In this document: piece by piece, positions 19,559 to 29,055 of the stretch
Layout: the number at the start of each line of letters is the position of its first letter
Numbering within the stretch: position 1 is the stretch's first letter
DNA from: a virus
IMG/VR virus record: IMGVR_UViG_3300003323_000915
Location: 1-64,000 of that record
Direction: 5' to 3' (one strand)
Length of the DNA stretch: 64,000 nt
The notes under the pieces: generated by a model
The model's database searches: none
What the model was told of the DNA's origin: nothing
What the model saw: only the letters and a program-made list of their open reading frames with translations
Position numbers and translations under genes: made by a program

Positions 19559-19886
19559 TCGCGCCGACGCAACGGCACAAAAAAAATCCACTGTCGATTT
19601 CATGAACGTGAATTTTGAGCCGTTCGAAGATCGTATTCTTGTTTATCCTGATCCGGTGGAGGCAACAACGAAGGGAGGCCTTTACAAGCCTGATGCTGTT
19701 ATCGAGAAAGCAAAGCCAGTGACCGGAACTGTTGTTAAAGTCGGCCCTGGTAAACCAAACTTCAAACTCAACATCGTTCCTGGTGATAGGATATCGTACG
19801 GGAATTATGCTGGCACATCCATACAATTCGGTGAGATAAATTATCTGATCATGCGGTTCGCTGACTGTTTCGGGAAGGTATCATGA
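19446..19886 (+). CDS. groES: Co-chaperonin GroES with N-terminal extension
   Basis: FEPFEDRILV..TTKGGLYKPD..GTVVKVGPGK..PGDRISYGNYAGT; likely start MNKKVFY at 19446. Confidence 0.85.
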   Translation: MNKKVFYMPGEELTEEEKKIASETLKQQQEKTQKELADRADATAQKKSTVDFMNVNFEPFEDRILVYPDPVEATTKGGLYKPDAVIEKAKPVTGTVVKVGPGKPNFKLNIVPGDRISYGNYAGTSIQFGEINYLIMRFADCFGKVS

Positions 19887-21325
19887 TTGAACTACCGAAA
19901 GTAACGCTCATAGCTATAACCACGCGTGATTACGGATCAACCGTGATGGCTCTTAAGAAGAGCCTTGAGCACATCAAGCCAGCAGACGTAATTTTATTCA
20001 CAGACATCGCATTCGAAGATCCAGATTACCGGTGCGTGCTGGTCTCAAAAATGAACTGGGATGATTATAATCGGTTCGTCTGCACCGAATTATACAAGCA
20101 CATCAACACCGAATACATCCTTCTGATTCAACATGATGGGTGGGTGCTCGATGGGGATCAATGGACCGATGACTTCCTGAACTACGACTACATCGGAGCG
20201 CCGTGGCTTTACAAGGACACCAGAAATGTCGGCAACGGCGGCTTCTCTCTGAGATCTCGCAGGCTACACGAAATACTGGCTACCGACAAGCTAATTAACG
20301 ACAATGACGTCTATTCACCGGAAGATGAGGTCATCTGTCGATTATATCGTAGTTACCTTGAGAAGAACTACGCGATCCGTTTTGCGCCAGAAGAGCTCGC
20401 GCATCAATTCAGTTTTGAATGTCATGCGCCGAAAAGAAAAACGTTTGGATTCCATAATTTCTTCCATGAACCATTCAAAGAATTTGTTATTCTGAAGAGG
20501 TCACACGCCATGGGTGACATCATTATGATGGAGCCTGTGATGGAGTACTTTCACAACAAAGGATATCGTGTCGTGCTCGATGTTCAACCAGAGTATTTCC
20601 ATCTTTTCCAATACCATCATTATCCTGTTCTGCACATCTCGCAGCTTCCATCAACTGATGGAATACGCTCTATCAATCTTGACATGTCGTACGAGGTAAA
20701 GCCAAAGCAGTTGGTTTTGAGGTCGTACTACGAGACATGCGGAATTACCGATGGAGTCCTGCGCAACTCGGTTCTGAATTTTCCAGTCGACGATACAACG
20801 CGTCTTTTCAAAAAATACATTGTGTTGCACGTGGATGACACTGGCGTACCTCAACGCGACGGATCGCGAAAGGACGGCATTCCCCATCGCGATGTGCATG
20901 GAGTTAACTGGGAGCTTGTGATTACATCCCTTGAGGACATGGGATACACAGTCATACAGGTTGGTGGCCGAGATGATGGCCGGGTGAAGATGAATACGTC
21001 TACGAAGAACATGCTAATGTACCTGATCGCCGGAGCTGACTTTTTTATAGGCGTTGATAGCGGGCCAAGTCAAATTGCTGTGAGTTTAGGAATTCGATCA
21101 ATCATTTTCTTCGGCTCAGTGAATCCTGCATTCCGTTATCGTGATATGAGTAAAATTCGGGTGATACAAAACCATTGTGATAAGGCCGGGTGCTACCACT
21201 CTGTGCTCAGCGTTCGCGGTATTGATTGTGTGTACAATGAAAAGAAGCCACCATGCATTACGCATACCACGTATTCCGTGCAAGAACAAATAAAGCAACA
21301 CATTAAATCTTTCGAAAATGAGTGA
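19883..21325 (+). CDS. Fused DUF5672 (GT-A-like) + GT9 heptosyltransferase-like protein
   Basis: N: IQHDGWV..WTDDFLNYDYIGAPW..VGNGGFSLRS; C: AMGDIIM, FFIGVDSGPSQIAVSLG, four-Cys tail. Confidence 0.8.
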   Translation: MIELPKVTLIAITTRDYGSTVMALKKSLEHIKPADVILFTDIAFEDPDYRCVLVSKMNWDDYNRFVCTELYKHINTEYILLIQHDGWVLDGDQWTDDFLNYDYIGAPWLYKDTRNVGNGGFSLRSRRLHEILATDKLINDNDVYSPEDEVICRLYRSYLEKNYAIRFAPEELAHQFSFECHAPKRKTFGFHNFFHEPFKEFVILKRSHAMGDIIMMEPVMEYFHNKGYRVVLDVQPEYFHLFQYHHYPVLHISQLPSTDGIRSINLDMSYEVKPKQLVLRSYYETCGITDGVLRNSVLNFPVDDTTRLFKKYIVLHVDDTGVPQRDGSRKDGIPHRDVHGVNWELVITSLEDMGYTVIQVGGRDDGRVKMNTSTKNMLMYLIAGADFFIGVDSGPSQIAVSLGIRSIIFFGSVNPAFRYRDMSKIRVIQNHCDKAGCYHSVLSVRGIDCVYNEKKPPCITHTTYSVQEQIKQHIKSFENE

Positions 21326-21842
21326 ACAAAAACAATACATGAGTGAAGCGGCTAAGGTGAGAGATTTGCCAAACGTGATGAAGTATATTACCGGAAGGGT
21401 TGCTGACATTGGAGCTGGGCATGATCCGATCACACCAGATTGTATTGCTTTTGATGGTCGTGATTTGTCAACAATCACTGTGCCTGGTGAGATTTTTATT
21501 ACCGATGCCCATGGCATGTTTGATACAATTTTTTCATCTCACTTTCTTGAGCATGTCCCGAATCCAATTAATTACATTTACAATTGGCATCGTCATTTAA
21601 ACGTTGGAGGTCATGTAGTACTCTATCTGCCAGAAAAAAGTTACTATAATAACCACGATAATCCAGAGCATATGTTCAATTGGTCATTCGATGATTTTAT
21701 GTTTTGGATAAGAAGGTCGGTTTGTGGTGACGGTAAAGATTTTAAAGGAAATCAGGTTCCAGCCTTGTTTAGTGTCATTGACTCAGGCCTTGATGTTGGT
21801 TATGACAAATATTCGTTTTATGTAATCCTAAGAAAATTATAA
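21318..21842 (+). CDS. Class I SAM-dependent methyltransferase
   Basis: ADIGAG motif I, FDTIFSSHFLEH, LNVGGHVVLYLP. Confidence 0.85.
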   Translation: MSEQKQYMSEAAKVRDLPNVMKYITGRVADIGAGHDPITPDCIAFDGRDLSTITVPGEIFITDAHGMFDTIFSSHFLEHVPNPINYIYNWHRHLNVGGHVVLYLPEKSYYNNHDNPEHMFNWSFDDFMFWIRRSVCGDGKDFKGNQVPALFSVIDSGLDVGYDKYSFYVILRKL

Positions 21843-21845
21843 TTT

Positions 21846-22736
21846 ATGCCAACACTCGGAGGAAGCACATTCGTCTACAACGCCATCGCGCAAGACTACA
21901 ATATCATTGAAACACTGAACTGCCTGTACGACATCTGTGACGAGGTGAGTGTGGCAATGGGCGGTGACGATGGGACAATTGAACTAATCTGTTCTTGGAT
22001 TAAAGAGGCAACACTGAAGTCGTCAAAGCCAATTATATCGCAAATAATTTCCGAATCAGAATGGAATGAACAACAAGGCCGCGAGAAGCTTTCTTATTTT
22101 TCAAATGTAGCAATTGGTAATTTAACGACTGACTACAACCTGTACGTTCAAGCGGACGAAGTTGTAAGTGAACAATGCATGCCATTCATCCGCCAGGCGA
22201 TCGAGACCGGCAAGGAGGCATTCATGCTCACCAGAATAAACTGCTGGCAATCGGCTTACACGATGCTTGCTGTGGCACAGGATCGTAAGCCTTGCAGCAC
22301 AGAGGTGATTCGTCTTACCAAGACAAAATACCGATGCGTGGATGATGCTGAGTCGCTGGGTGTGCCGGAGGTATCGTTCGAGTTCACACCGCATATCCGG
22401 ATATACCATGTTGGATTTGTGCGCGACAAGGATAAGCATTTGACTAAGATCTTGCACATGCAAGAGAAAGTGTTCTTATGGGAAGTAGATAAACGCATAC
22501 ACAACAACACCGATGGTTTTGACTGCTGGAAGTGGGGGTTCGATCATCGAGATGTTATGCCGATAAAAGAAAAGCTGCCGAAGTACATCCGGCAGTGGGC
22601 ACAAGAAAGACTGGTTCCTCCGTTCAACGATTCCCCTGAAGGAAAAGAGTACGCGAAAGAATGGGTTAAATACGCGTATCCGGGTCAGGAGTATTCTGAA
22701 GATTTGTGGTGGCGATGGGCGAAGAAGTACCAGTGA
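21846..22736 (+). CDS. GT-A / GT2-like glycosyltransferase
   Basis: GGDDGT, YVQADEVV (DxD-like), IYHVGFVR. Confidence 0.7.
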   Translation: MPTLGGSTFVYNAIAQDYNIIETLNCLYDICDEVSVAMGGDDGTIELICSWIKEATLKSSKPIISQIISESEWNEQQGREKLSYFSNVAIGNLTTDYNLYVQADEVVSEQCMPFIRQAIETGKEAFMLTRINCWQSAYTMLAVAQDRKPCSTEVIRLTKTKYRCVDDAESLGVPEVSFEFTPHIRIYHVGFVRDKDKHLTKILHMQEKVFLWEVDKRIHNNTDGFDCWKWGFDHRDVMPIKEKLPKYIRQWAQERLVPPFNDSPEGKEYAKEWVKYAYPGQEYSEDLWWRWAKKYQ

Positions 22737-22911
22737 TATCTTCGTCATGTTCAAGACTTTGAATAACATCAACAAGTGATTCGAATTGACTATAGTCTTC
22801 TTCCGGATCTGTCGGATTAAAAATGATCTGAATCACGCTCGCTGTGGAGAAATGTTTTATCGACACATGCTTTCCTGTTATCTCTGCAAAATTGATGTTT
22901 TTCCAACTCAT
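22666..22911 (-). CDS. Hypothetical protein
   Basis: ATGA-coupled to 22908; overlaps the GT 3' end tail-to-tail. Confidence 0.4.
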   Translation of the reverse strand: MSWKNINFAEITGKHVSIKHFSTASVIQIIFNPTDPEEDYSQFESLVDVIQSLEHDEDITGTSSPIATTNLQNTPDPDTRI

Positions 22912-23210
22912 ATGTTTGACATTATTAAACTTAAACAGGCAGCTTTTGCTGATGTGTACTGAATGTCAGTCGCCCACCATGTATTGAAAATCCATTCACT
23001 AAACGATCTCTCAATATCCATCTCCGCCGGCAAATCCATATCGCTGTTTACACTCTGCGTATGATTCAAGGTGGCGTCCATCGCTTCATCATCGTACCAT
23101 GAATTCGATACAAATCGGACATACGATGCGTCATCAGGAATAATGATCACACCTGGCTTTTGATCATTGACGTTTCTCCTTAAAAATGTTTTTCCGTCTC
23201 GTGTTATCAT
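22908..23210 (-). CDS. Hypothetical protein
   Basis: Likely start MITRDGK at 23210 after an A-rich leader. Confidence 0.5.
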   Translation of the reverse strand: MITRDGKTFLRRNVNDQKPGVIIIPDDASYVRFVSNSWYDDEAMDATLNHTQSVNSDMDLPAEMDIERSFSEWIFNTWWATDIQYTSAKAACLSLIMSNI

Positions 23211-23364
23211 GGCATTGTTTTTTTTAAATAAAAGATAGGGCTTACATGCAGCACAACCCGGGACCACTCCCTTTTTTTAGACTGCAATGCCTATGTCTTT
23301 GATGTCGATTAGTAAGATTTTTTTGTTCTTTAATGATGTATTTTGAGTTGATCTCCTAAGTTAG

Positions 23365-24532
23365 ATAATTTTCTCATATCAGAAATATTTTGGTATATTT
23401 ATACTGTGAAGTTGATATTGAAAATTAAACTTTTGCCAACTGACGAACAGGCTAACTTGCTTATCAATACCATGAAGCAAGCCAATACTGTTTGTAATGC
23501 CATCTCTGATGTGGCTTGGCAAGAAAAGATTTTCAATAACCTTAAACTGCATCACAAAGTTTACCATTATTACAAAAGAAACTTTCAACTTTCTTCCCAA
23601 ATGCTTATTAGGCAAATAGCTAAAGTTGCTGATGCCTATAAGTTGGATAAGAAAACTAAACGCACTTTTAAGCCACTTGGTAGTATTGCTTATGATAGTA
23701 GGATAATGACCTACAAATCCAACAATGTAGTTTCCTTGTGGTGTATTGGTGGTAGAGAAAAGATTAACTTTGTTTGTCATAACCCTTCTTATATTCCTTA
23801 CATTAAAGGGGAAGCTGATTTGGTTTACAAGAAACGTAAGTTTTACCTTTTCCAAACTGTTGATGTTCCCGAAGAAGATGTTGATGATATAGAAGAATTT
23901 ATTGGTTGCGATTTTGGTATAAACTCGATTGTAACTACTTCTGATGGTGTTGAGCATTCTGCTGATGGGCTTAACGCATACCGTGAACATCGGCAAAGGG
24001 TTCGGAGTTCTATTCAAAGCAAAGGCACACGCAATTCTCGCAAGTTGTTGAAACGGCTTTCTGGCAAAGAAAGGACTCACGCTTCCATTGTTAATCACAC
24101 TATTGCAAAATTCATTGTTCAATCTGCTAAAGAGCAAGGTATGGGAATCGCTTTGGAGGACCTTACTGGCATTCGATTTACGAGCAAAAAGAGAAACAAA
24201 AAGTTTCGCACGAAACTTGGTAAATGGAATTTTTCTATGCTTAGACAGTATATTGAATACAAGGCGTTGCTTAATGGTGTGAAAGTCATAGCTATTGCTC
24301 CTGCATATACTTCTCAGACTTGCAGTATTTGCAAACACATTGGAAGACGAAATAATAAGCACTTTAAGTGCAACAACTGCGGAAATGATATGGATGCCGA
24401 TGTTAACGCATCGCTGAATATCGCTACGCTTGGGCGTGCCGTAAATCACGCTGGAAGATGGAATGATATGTGCTGTACTGTGCATTCGTTTGCGTCTAAA
24501 AACCACCGATATTTAGTTGGTGGGTAGTTTAC
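23365..24532 (+). mobile_element. Solo tnpB element without tnpA (left end approximate)
   Basis: Right-end hairpin CCACCGA-TATTTAG-TTGGTGG then GTAGTTTAC ending at 24532; more AT-rich than flanks; no tnpA in window. Confidence 0.65.
23406..24527 (+). CDS. tnpB: IS200/IS605-family RNA-guided endonuclease TnpB
   Basis: RuvC-I GCDFGI, RuvC-II ALEDL, YTSQTCSIC..CNNC zinc finger, RuvC-III DADVNASLNI. Confidence 0.95.
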   Translation: MKLILKIKLLPTDEQANLLINTMKQANTVCNAISDVAWQEKIFNNLKLHHKVYHYYKRNFQLSSQMLIRQIAKVADAYKLDKKTKRTFKPLGSIAYDSRIMTYKSNNVVSLWCIGGREKINFVCHNPSYIPYIKGEADLVYKKRKFYLFQTVDVPEEDVDDIEEFIGCDFGINSIVTTSDGVEHSADGLNAYREHRQRVRSSIQSKGTRNSRKLLKRLSGKERTHASIVNHTIAKFIVQSAKEQGMGIALEDLTGIRFTSKKRNKKFRTKLGKWNFSMLRQYIEYKALLNGVKVIAIAPAYTSQTCSICKHIGRRNNKHFKCNNCGNDMDADVNASLNIATLGRAVNHAGRWNDMCCTVHSFASKNHRYLVGG

Positions 24533-24557
24533 TTTAAAACATCATGAATACTATTTG

Positions 24558-25271
24558 TCAAAATTTCTTTATCACATACCCCACGCCAATCGTCGGCTGC
24601 ACTTGATCTGTCCAGGGCCGCCCATACATAAACGGCAGGTAGCTTACACCGATAAACACGCCCCATCGCTTATCGCGGATATTGTCAACCAGTACGTTCG
24701 TAGTGCCGGTGATCCTTGAGTTCCTGTTGCTGAATATCGTGGTGCTGTAATATTTCTCTGTGCCAAACATCCATTTCTTCTTCACCGATATAACTGTCTT
24801 TGCCGTGTCCAGGTAATCATAGTCATAATGTGCGTGCAGTGAGTCATACACCTTGGCGCGGAATGATAGATAACCATCTGAGACCTTCAAGTTCAAATAG
24901 GATCTGTTCACTCCGGCGCTGTCGGTATAATGGTAGTGGTTGACGGTGGTGTTGCCTTCGCCATGCGCGGAGAATTGGTTTGATATATAGGCGCGCATGT
25001 CTTTAAATTTTATATCGAATTGCTTATTGAGATCATCGACTATTTTCGGATACGCCTGAGCGATCTGTTTTGTCTGCAAAATGGCCGCATCTTTCTCAGC
25101 AACAGTTTGTCCGAGTTTGTTGGTATGGTATTTTATGATTGCGTCTTTCTCGATGGCAGAAGACATAAGATCCTCTGCTTCGTGTTGCTTTTTCTGTAGC
25201 CTGTCGAACAGGAATAACGCAAGTAACACAAGTCCTGTGATGATAGCGATGTAGGTGAGGTGGATTTTCAT
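24558..25271 (-). CDS. Rz-like/spanin-type membrane-anchored protein
   Basis: N-terminal TM, coiled coil, C-terminal beta-strands ending IGVGYVIKKF. Confidence 0.55.
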   Translation of the reverse strand: MKIHLTYIAIITGLVLLALFLFDRLQKKQHEAEDLMSSAIEKDAIIKYHTNKLGQTVAEKDAAILQTKQIAQAYPKIVDDLNKQFDIKFKDMRAYISNQFSAHGEGNTTVNHYHYTDSAGVNRSYLNLKVSDGYLSFRAKVYDSLHAHYDYDYLDTAKTVISVKKKWMFGTEKYYSTTIFSNRNSRITGTTNVLVDNIRDKRWGVFIGVSYLPFMYGRPWTDQVQPTIGVGYVIKKF

Positions 25272-25296
25272 GTGAATAAGGTTAGTAAAAAGGATC

Positions 25297-27152
25297 TCAT
25301 GATTCGATTATTTTTTCATATCCACGACGCTTCTCAATTATCTCTATGGAGAGCCATGTGCAATCATACTGGGTTTTCATTTCAAATTTCTGCCCAATGT
25401 CTGGAGGAAACATCCCCGTACCGCGTGGGTGACCAGTGTACACGAAGACATCGCCTATTTTGATTTCATTAATTGATTTTATCTTAACTGTTTTCATTGG
25501 AGTTGTTTTGTAATTAGTTCTTTTGCTTAATATCAAAATATAAATTTTTCGCCTTCTCGTAGAAATCGCCCATGTTCATCTTTGGATATGGATTTGTTGG
25601 TCTATTTTCGATTCCATGACTATAAAACATGTCGTGTATAAAGTCAAGTAGCTTGTCATTACTGTCCTTCAGTTGATCGCGTTCTTTTTGAAGGGAGTCG
25701 ATTTCATGTTGAAGGTAATGCATATGCTCGGCATCTGTAATACGCTGATCATGATGATCCGACTCCCTTCGTTCAGTTTCCTGTCTCTCGATTCCCCTGG
25801 AGATCCACTCACATTCTTCTGGATTAAAGCAATCACGTCCAATGACGCCACCGCAGCCTTTACATATTCTCATACTATTTTGATTTTGGTGGTTTAGGGA
25901 GTGGACGCCAGTGGGTGACTTGCATTTCATATTCGTAATTGTAGTCCCAATCACCTCTGGAATTATAGTGGGACAAATCAATGTTGCCATCATCATCTAT
26001 TATCATCACCTGTTCTGAAGTTCCGTCACTTTCAATCACGGGAAAACGTTTTTTCACACTTATCCACTCCTCCTTATCTGCTAGAAGAGATTCGAGTTCT
26101 TTGATGCGGGCCTGATCTGATAACCATTGTCCAGTAAATCCTTTCAATGACTCCTCCAACTCATTTATCTTCGATTCGTATTTTTCGATAAGCTCTTCCT
26201 CAGATTCAGCAACGGCAATCATTACACGGTTTGTGTCAATCTCCTTTTCTTTTTCACCTTTGAAATACTCCAATCGTTTATTATCTTCTTCGAGTTCCTT
26301 AATCTTCTCATCAAACTCCCTTTTAGCTCGGTTGTAGCCATCAACGAATGCTTTACGCTGCTTTCTAACAACCATGGATTCTATATCATTGTCAGGATCA
26401 TGTTGAATAAACATCTTCTCTGCTTCTTCTTGTGGTGTCATGGCTTAGGCATTAAGTTTAAAATACTGTCTTTGTCAACGTAAGCGGATATATTCTTTTT
26501 GAGGTATGATTTACAATCGTAATCATCAAGATCCTCATGCTCACATGGTTCATACGAGTACAAAGCTTTCGCATTCTCTGCCGCTGCCTTCAACGCCTCG
26601 CATCCATACGATCTAAGCAATCTGTACAATTCATAATGCGACCAATATGTTTTGGTGGGAGTTTTTGAAATGTAATCTTTTAAAAATTCCTCCGGTGTCC
26701 TTAGTGCTTTCATATCTCAAGAGTGTTTATAATCGATTGCTTAATCTTTTCGAAGTCTATGTCGATGGTATCCAGTAGACGCGGTAAGTCTTTAGGATTA
26801 GATTTTTTAAGGCTTGTAATGATCTTTTCGAAAGCCTCGATAGTTCGGTGACATTTCAAAAGCTCAAGGTGGTATTTTTCAAGTTGGCTCATTTTAGTGA
26901 ATTTTTAAATTCAGTTAACAGATCGTCAGTAGTCAACCATCTGCCTTCCATATCCCATTGGTTATAGTGCACAAGAATGGCGTTTTTAGATGCCCAGTTG
27001 GAAAACTTCTTAGCGAACTCGTCTGCGTAGGATTCGATCATTCCGCATACTTCAGCAGGATGCTTTATATTTCCATCACCATCAACTAATGACTTTAATA
27101 TTACCATCAACTCTTCCGGTTTATCTTTCCAAAAATCACTCATACCTTCCAT
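25297..27152 (-). CDS. Array of small hypothetical genes (25297, 25514, 25875 with DUF551-like C-terminus, 26438, 26710, 26889)
   Basis: Tightly coupled minus-strand ORFs; EWISVKKRFP..VTHWRPLPKPP in 25875..26441. Confidence 0.6.
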
Positions 27153-27322
27153 TTTGATTTTATAAAACTAATGTTCGCAGACCTCATTTTCGGAGAGGAT
27201 ATTTTCATGGCGTATTCGATGATATATAGTGCCCGCACGTCAGGGTCACTTACCTTGCCTTTGGTTTTTATGTCTATTCTCATATCTTTTAACTTTTTTC
27301 TTTGTTCAATTCCTGATGACGT

Positions 27323-27901
27323 TTAAAGATGACTTTCGATTAAATGCACCAGCACATGAATAACTTTAATGTGCACCTCCTGTATCCTGGCAGCATGTCC
27401 AAAATATGGAACAACAATCGCTACGTCCGTGGGCTTGAGTAAGTCCATGATCGACCCGCCTTGATTGCCAGTCAAAAATACGACTTTCATTTCTTTGAAG
27501 TGGGCAGCACGCACAGCAGTGAACACGTTCTCCGACAGCCCGCTTGTGCTGATGGCTAGCAGTAAGTCTCCAGGCTTCCCATGCGCCATTATCCAGCGAG
27601 CAAACACCGCGGCGTAGCTGTAGTCATTACTCACACAAGTCAAGTGCCCAGGATCTGATATAGCGATAGCCTCGATAGGGTCACGGTCTCTGTAATACCT
27701 GCCGGTTAGCTCGCTGGCGAAGTGCATTGCGTCACTCATAGATCCACCGTTGCCGCAGGAAATTATTTTCTTGCCAGACTTTATGGCCGTGATCATCGCT
27801 GTTGCTGCAAGTTCTATTGCAAGCAGATTGTCCGGGTCGTTGGTGAATCGCTGTAGGACTACCTGCGCTTCTTCGAGTTCGGATTGGATGGTGGGTGTCA
27901 T
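27323..27901 (-). CDS. gmhA: D-sedoheptulose-7-phosphate isomerase
   Basis: KIISCGNGGSMSDAMHFASELTGRY, TCVSNDY, AISTSGLSENV, ARIQEVHIKVIH; closely follows enterobacterial GmhA. Confidence 0.95.
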   Translation of the reverse strand: MTPTIQSELEEAQVVLQRFTNDPDNLLAIELAATAMITAIKSGKKIISCGNGGSMSDAMHFASELTGRYYRDRDPIEAIAISDPGHLTCVSNDYSYAAVFARWIMAHGKPGDLLLAISTSGLSENVFTAVRAAHFKEMKVVFLTGNQGGSIMDLLKPTDVAIVVPYFGHAARIQEVHIKVIHVLVHLIESHL

Positions 27902-28248
27902 GATTTAAGGTGGCTAATATGCTTCTCTATCAATTGATCTGCTATCTCGGATACTTTAGTGGAAACTGCCTCTTTTAATTTACCATATGATATACTGTTC
28001 CATATAGCGTCCTTTATAACCTTGCTGACCATTTCTTCAACGGTAGATTGGAAATCATAATTCTCAACGGCTCGTTTAATGCCGTCCTCAAGTTGTTGCT
28101 TTACAGCTTCGTTATGAACGACCATTTGATGTATGACCTTTTGCGCTGATATTTCAAGCTCAATTCTGAAGTTAGTGTAGTCTTCCATTGATTCAGTGTT
28201 AAATGTTTGATGATATAATTTCCATATAGAAGGTAGAACTGATATCAT
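27898..28248 (-). CDS. Hypothetical helical protein
   Basis: ATGA-coupled on both sides. Confidence 0.55.
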   Translation of the reverse strand: MISVLPSIWKLYHQTFNTESMEDYTNFRIELEISAQKVIHQMVVHNEAVKQQLEDGIKRAVENYDFQSTVEEMVSKVIKDAIWNSISYGKLKEAVSTKVSEIADQLIEKHISHLKS

Positions 28249-28571
28249 ACCCCAAGTTGCTTTTTAATCTCACTGTATTTCATAGTTGGATTTGCCTTCC
28301 GAATTTTTATCACATCAACCAATGTCTTGAGTTGCACTTTATTCACATTGCGCGGTCCTGCCACGGGCCGCAGTCCGACTTTGAATATGATATGCTGCGC
28401 GCGCCTGACGGAAATGCCGAGGATCTGCGCGACTTCTCTTGTTGTGTAGTATGCTCGCTCTATCCACTCTCCGTCGATATTGCGGAATATCTTCTCCACG
28501 GATAGCACATACACAACCTCATTAGTCGGCGGTAATTTTTTTAAGTCGTATAGGTTCTTGATTACACGCAT
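28245..28571 (-). CDS. HTH DNA-binding protein (excisionase/MerR-like)
   Basis: YYTTREVAQILGISVRRAQHII; likely start MRVIKN at 28571. Confidence 0.65.
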   Translation of the reverse strand: MRVIKNLYDLKKLPPTNEVVYVLSVEKIFRNIDGEWIERAYYTTREVAQILGISVRRAQHIIFKVGLRPVAGPRNVNKVQLKTLVDVIKIRKANPTMKYSEIKKQLGV

Positions 28572-29043
28572 TAAAATATCTGATGAGAAAGCCAAATACA
28601 AAACACCATGAAAACAAGCGCAACAGTGATGCCAGACATGAACGCATTCCAGACGGAACAAAATATATATCCATCGGTGAAGTAGTACTCAAAGAAATTT
28701 CTGTATCCGTTCCGGTAGAATTGCACTGTACTAATGATTGATGTGATGATCCAGATTATAAATGCAACAATGTACATCGTGATCATTACTTTCACGCCAT
28801 CAGCAGTCATTGGTCCGCCGCTGTATATTGGTATTATGATTGGATATGATTGCATCAGTTGAATATTTTAAGTAATGCCAATAAAATTAAAAGGAAGACA
28901 ACTAAACCAACAGATATCAACATTGGACTCAATACCCACCACCACGACCAGTCGATGTAGTGCGTTAATTTCAATACGATAAACGCAATTGTCAAAAGGC
29001 CGGTGAATCCGATGCCTGAGCTTGATGATGAATTTTTTGACAT
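28571..29043 (-). CDS. Two small membrane proteins (28571..28855; 28855..29043)
   Basis: TM segments; the second has the common phage GIGFTGLLTIAFIVLKL..IDWSWWWVLSP motif. Confidence 0.65.
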
Positions 29044-29055
29044 GGTTTTATTGGT

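Noticed and set aside
23379-24506. 375-aa ORF antisense to tnpB
   Set aside because: Shadow frame of a clear TnpB with no recognisable motifs; long antisense ORFs are common opposite tnpB
18441-27901. Host LPS island or bacterial contamination as the source of the GT/heptose genes
   Set aside because: The genes are dispersed, translationally coupled to typical phage ORFs and lack accompanying bacterial housekeeping genes
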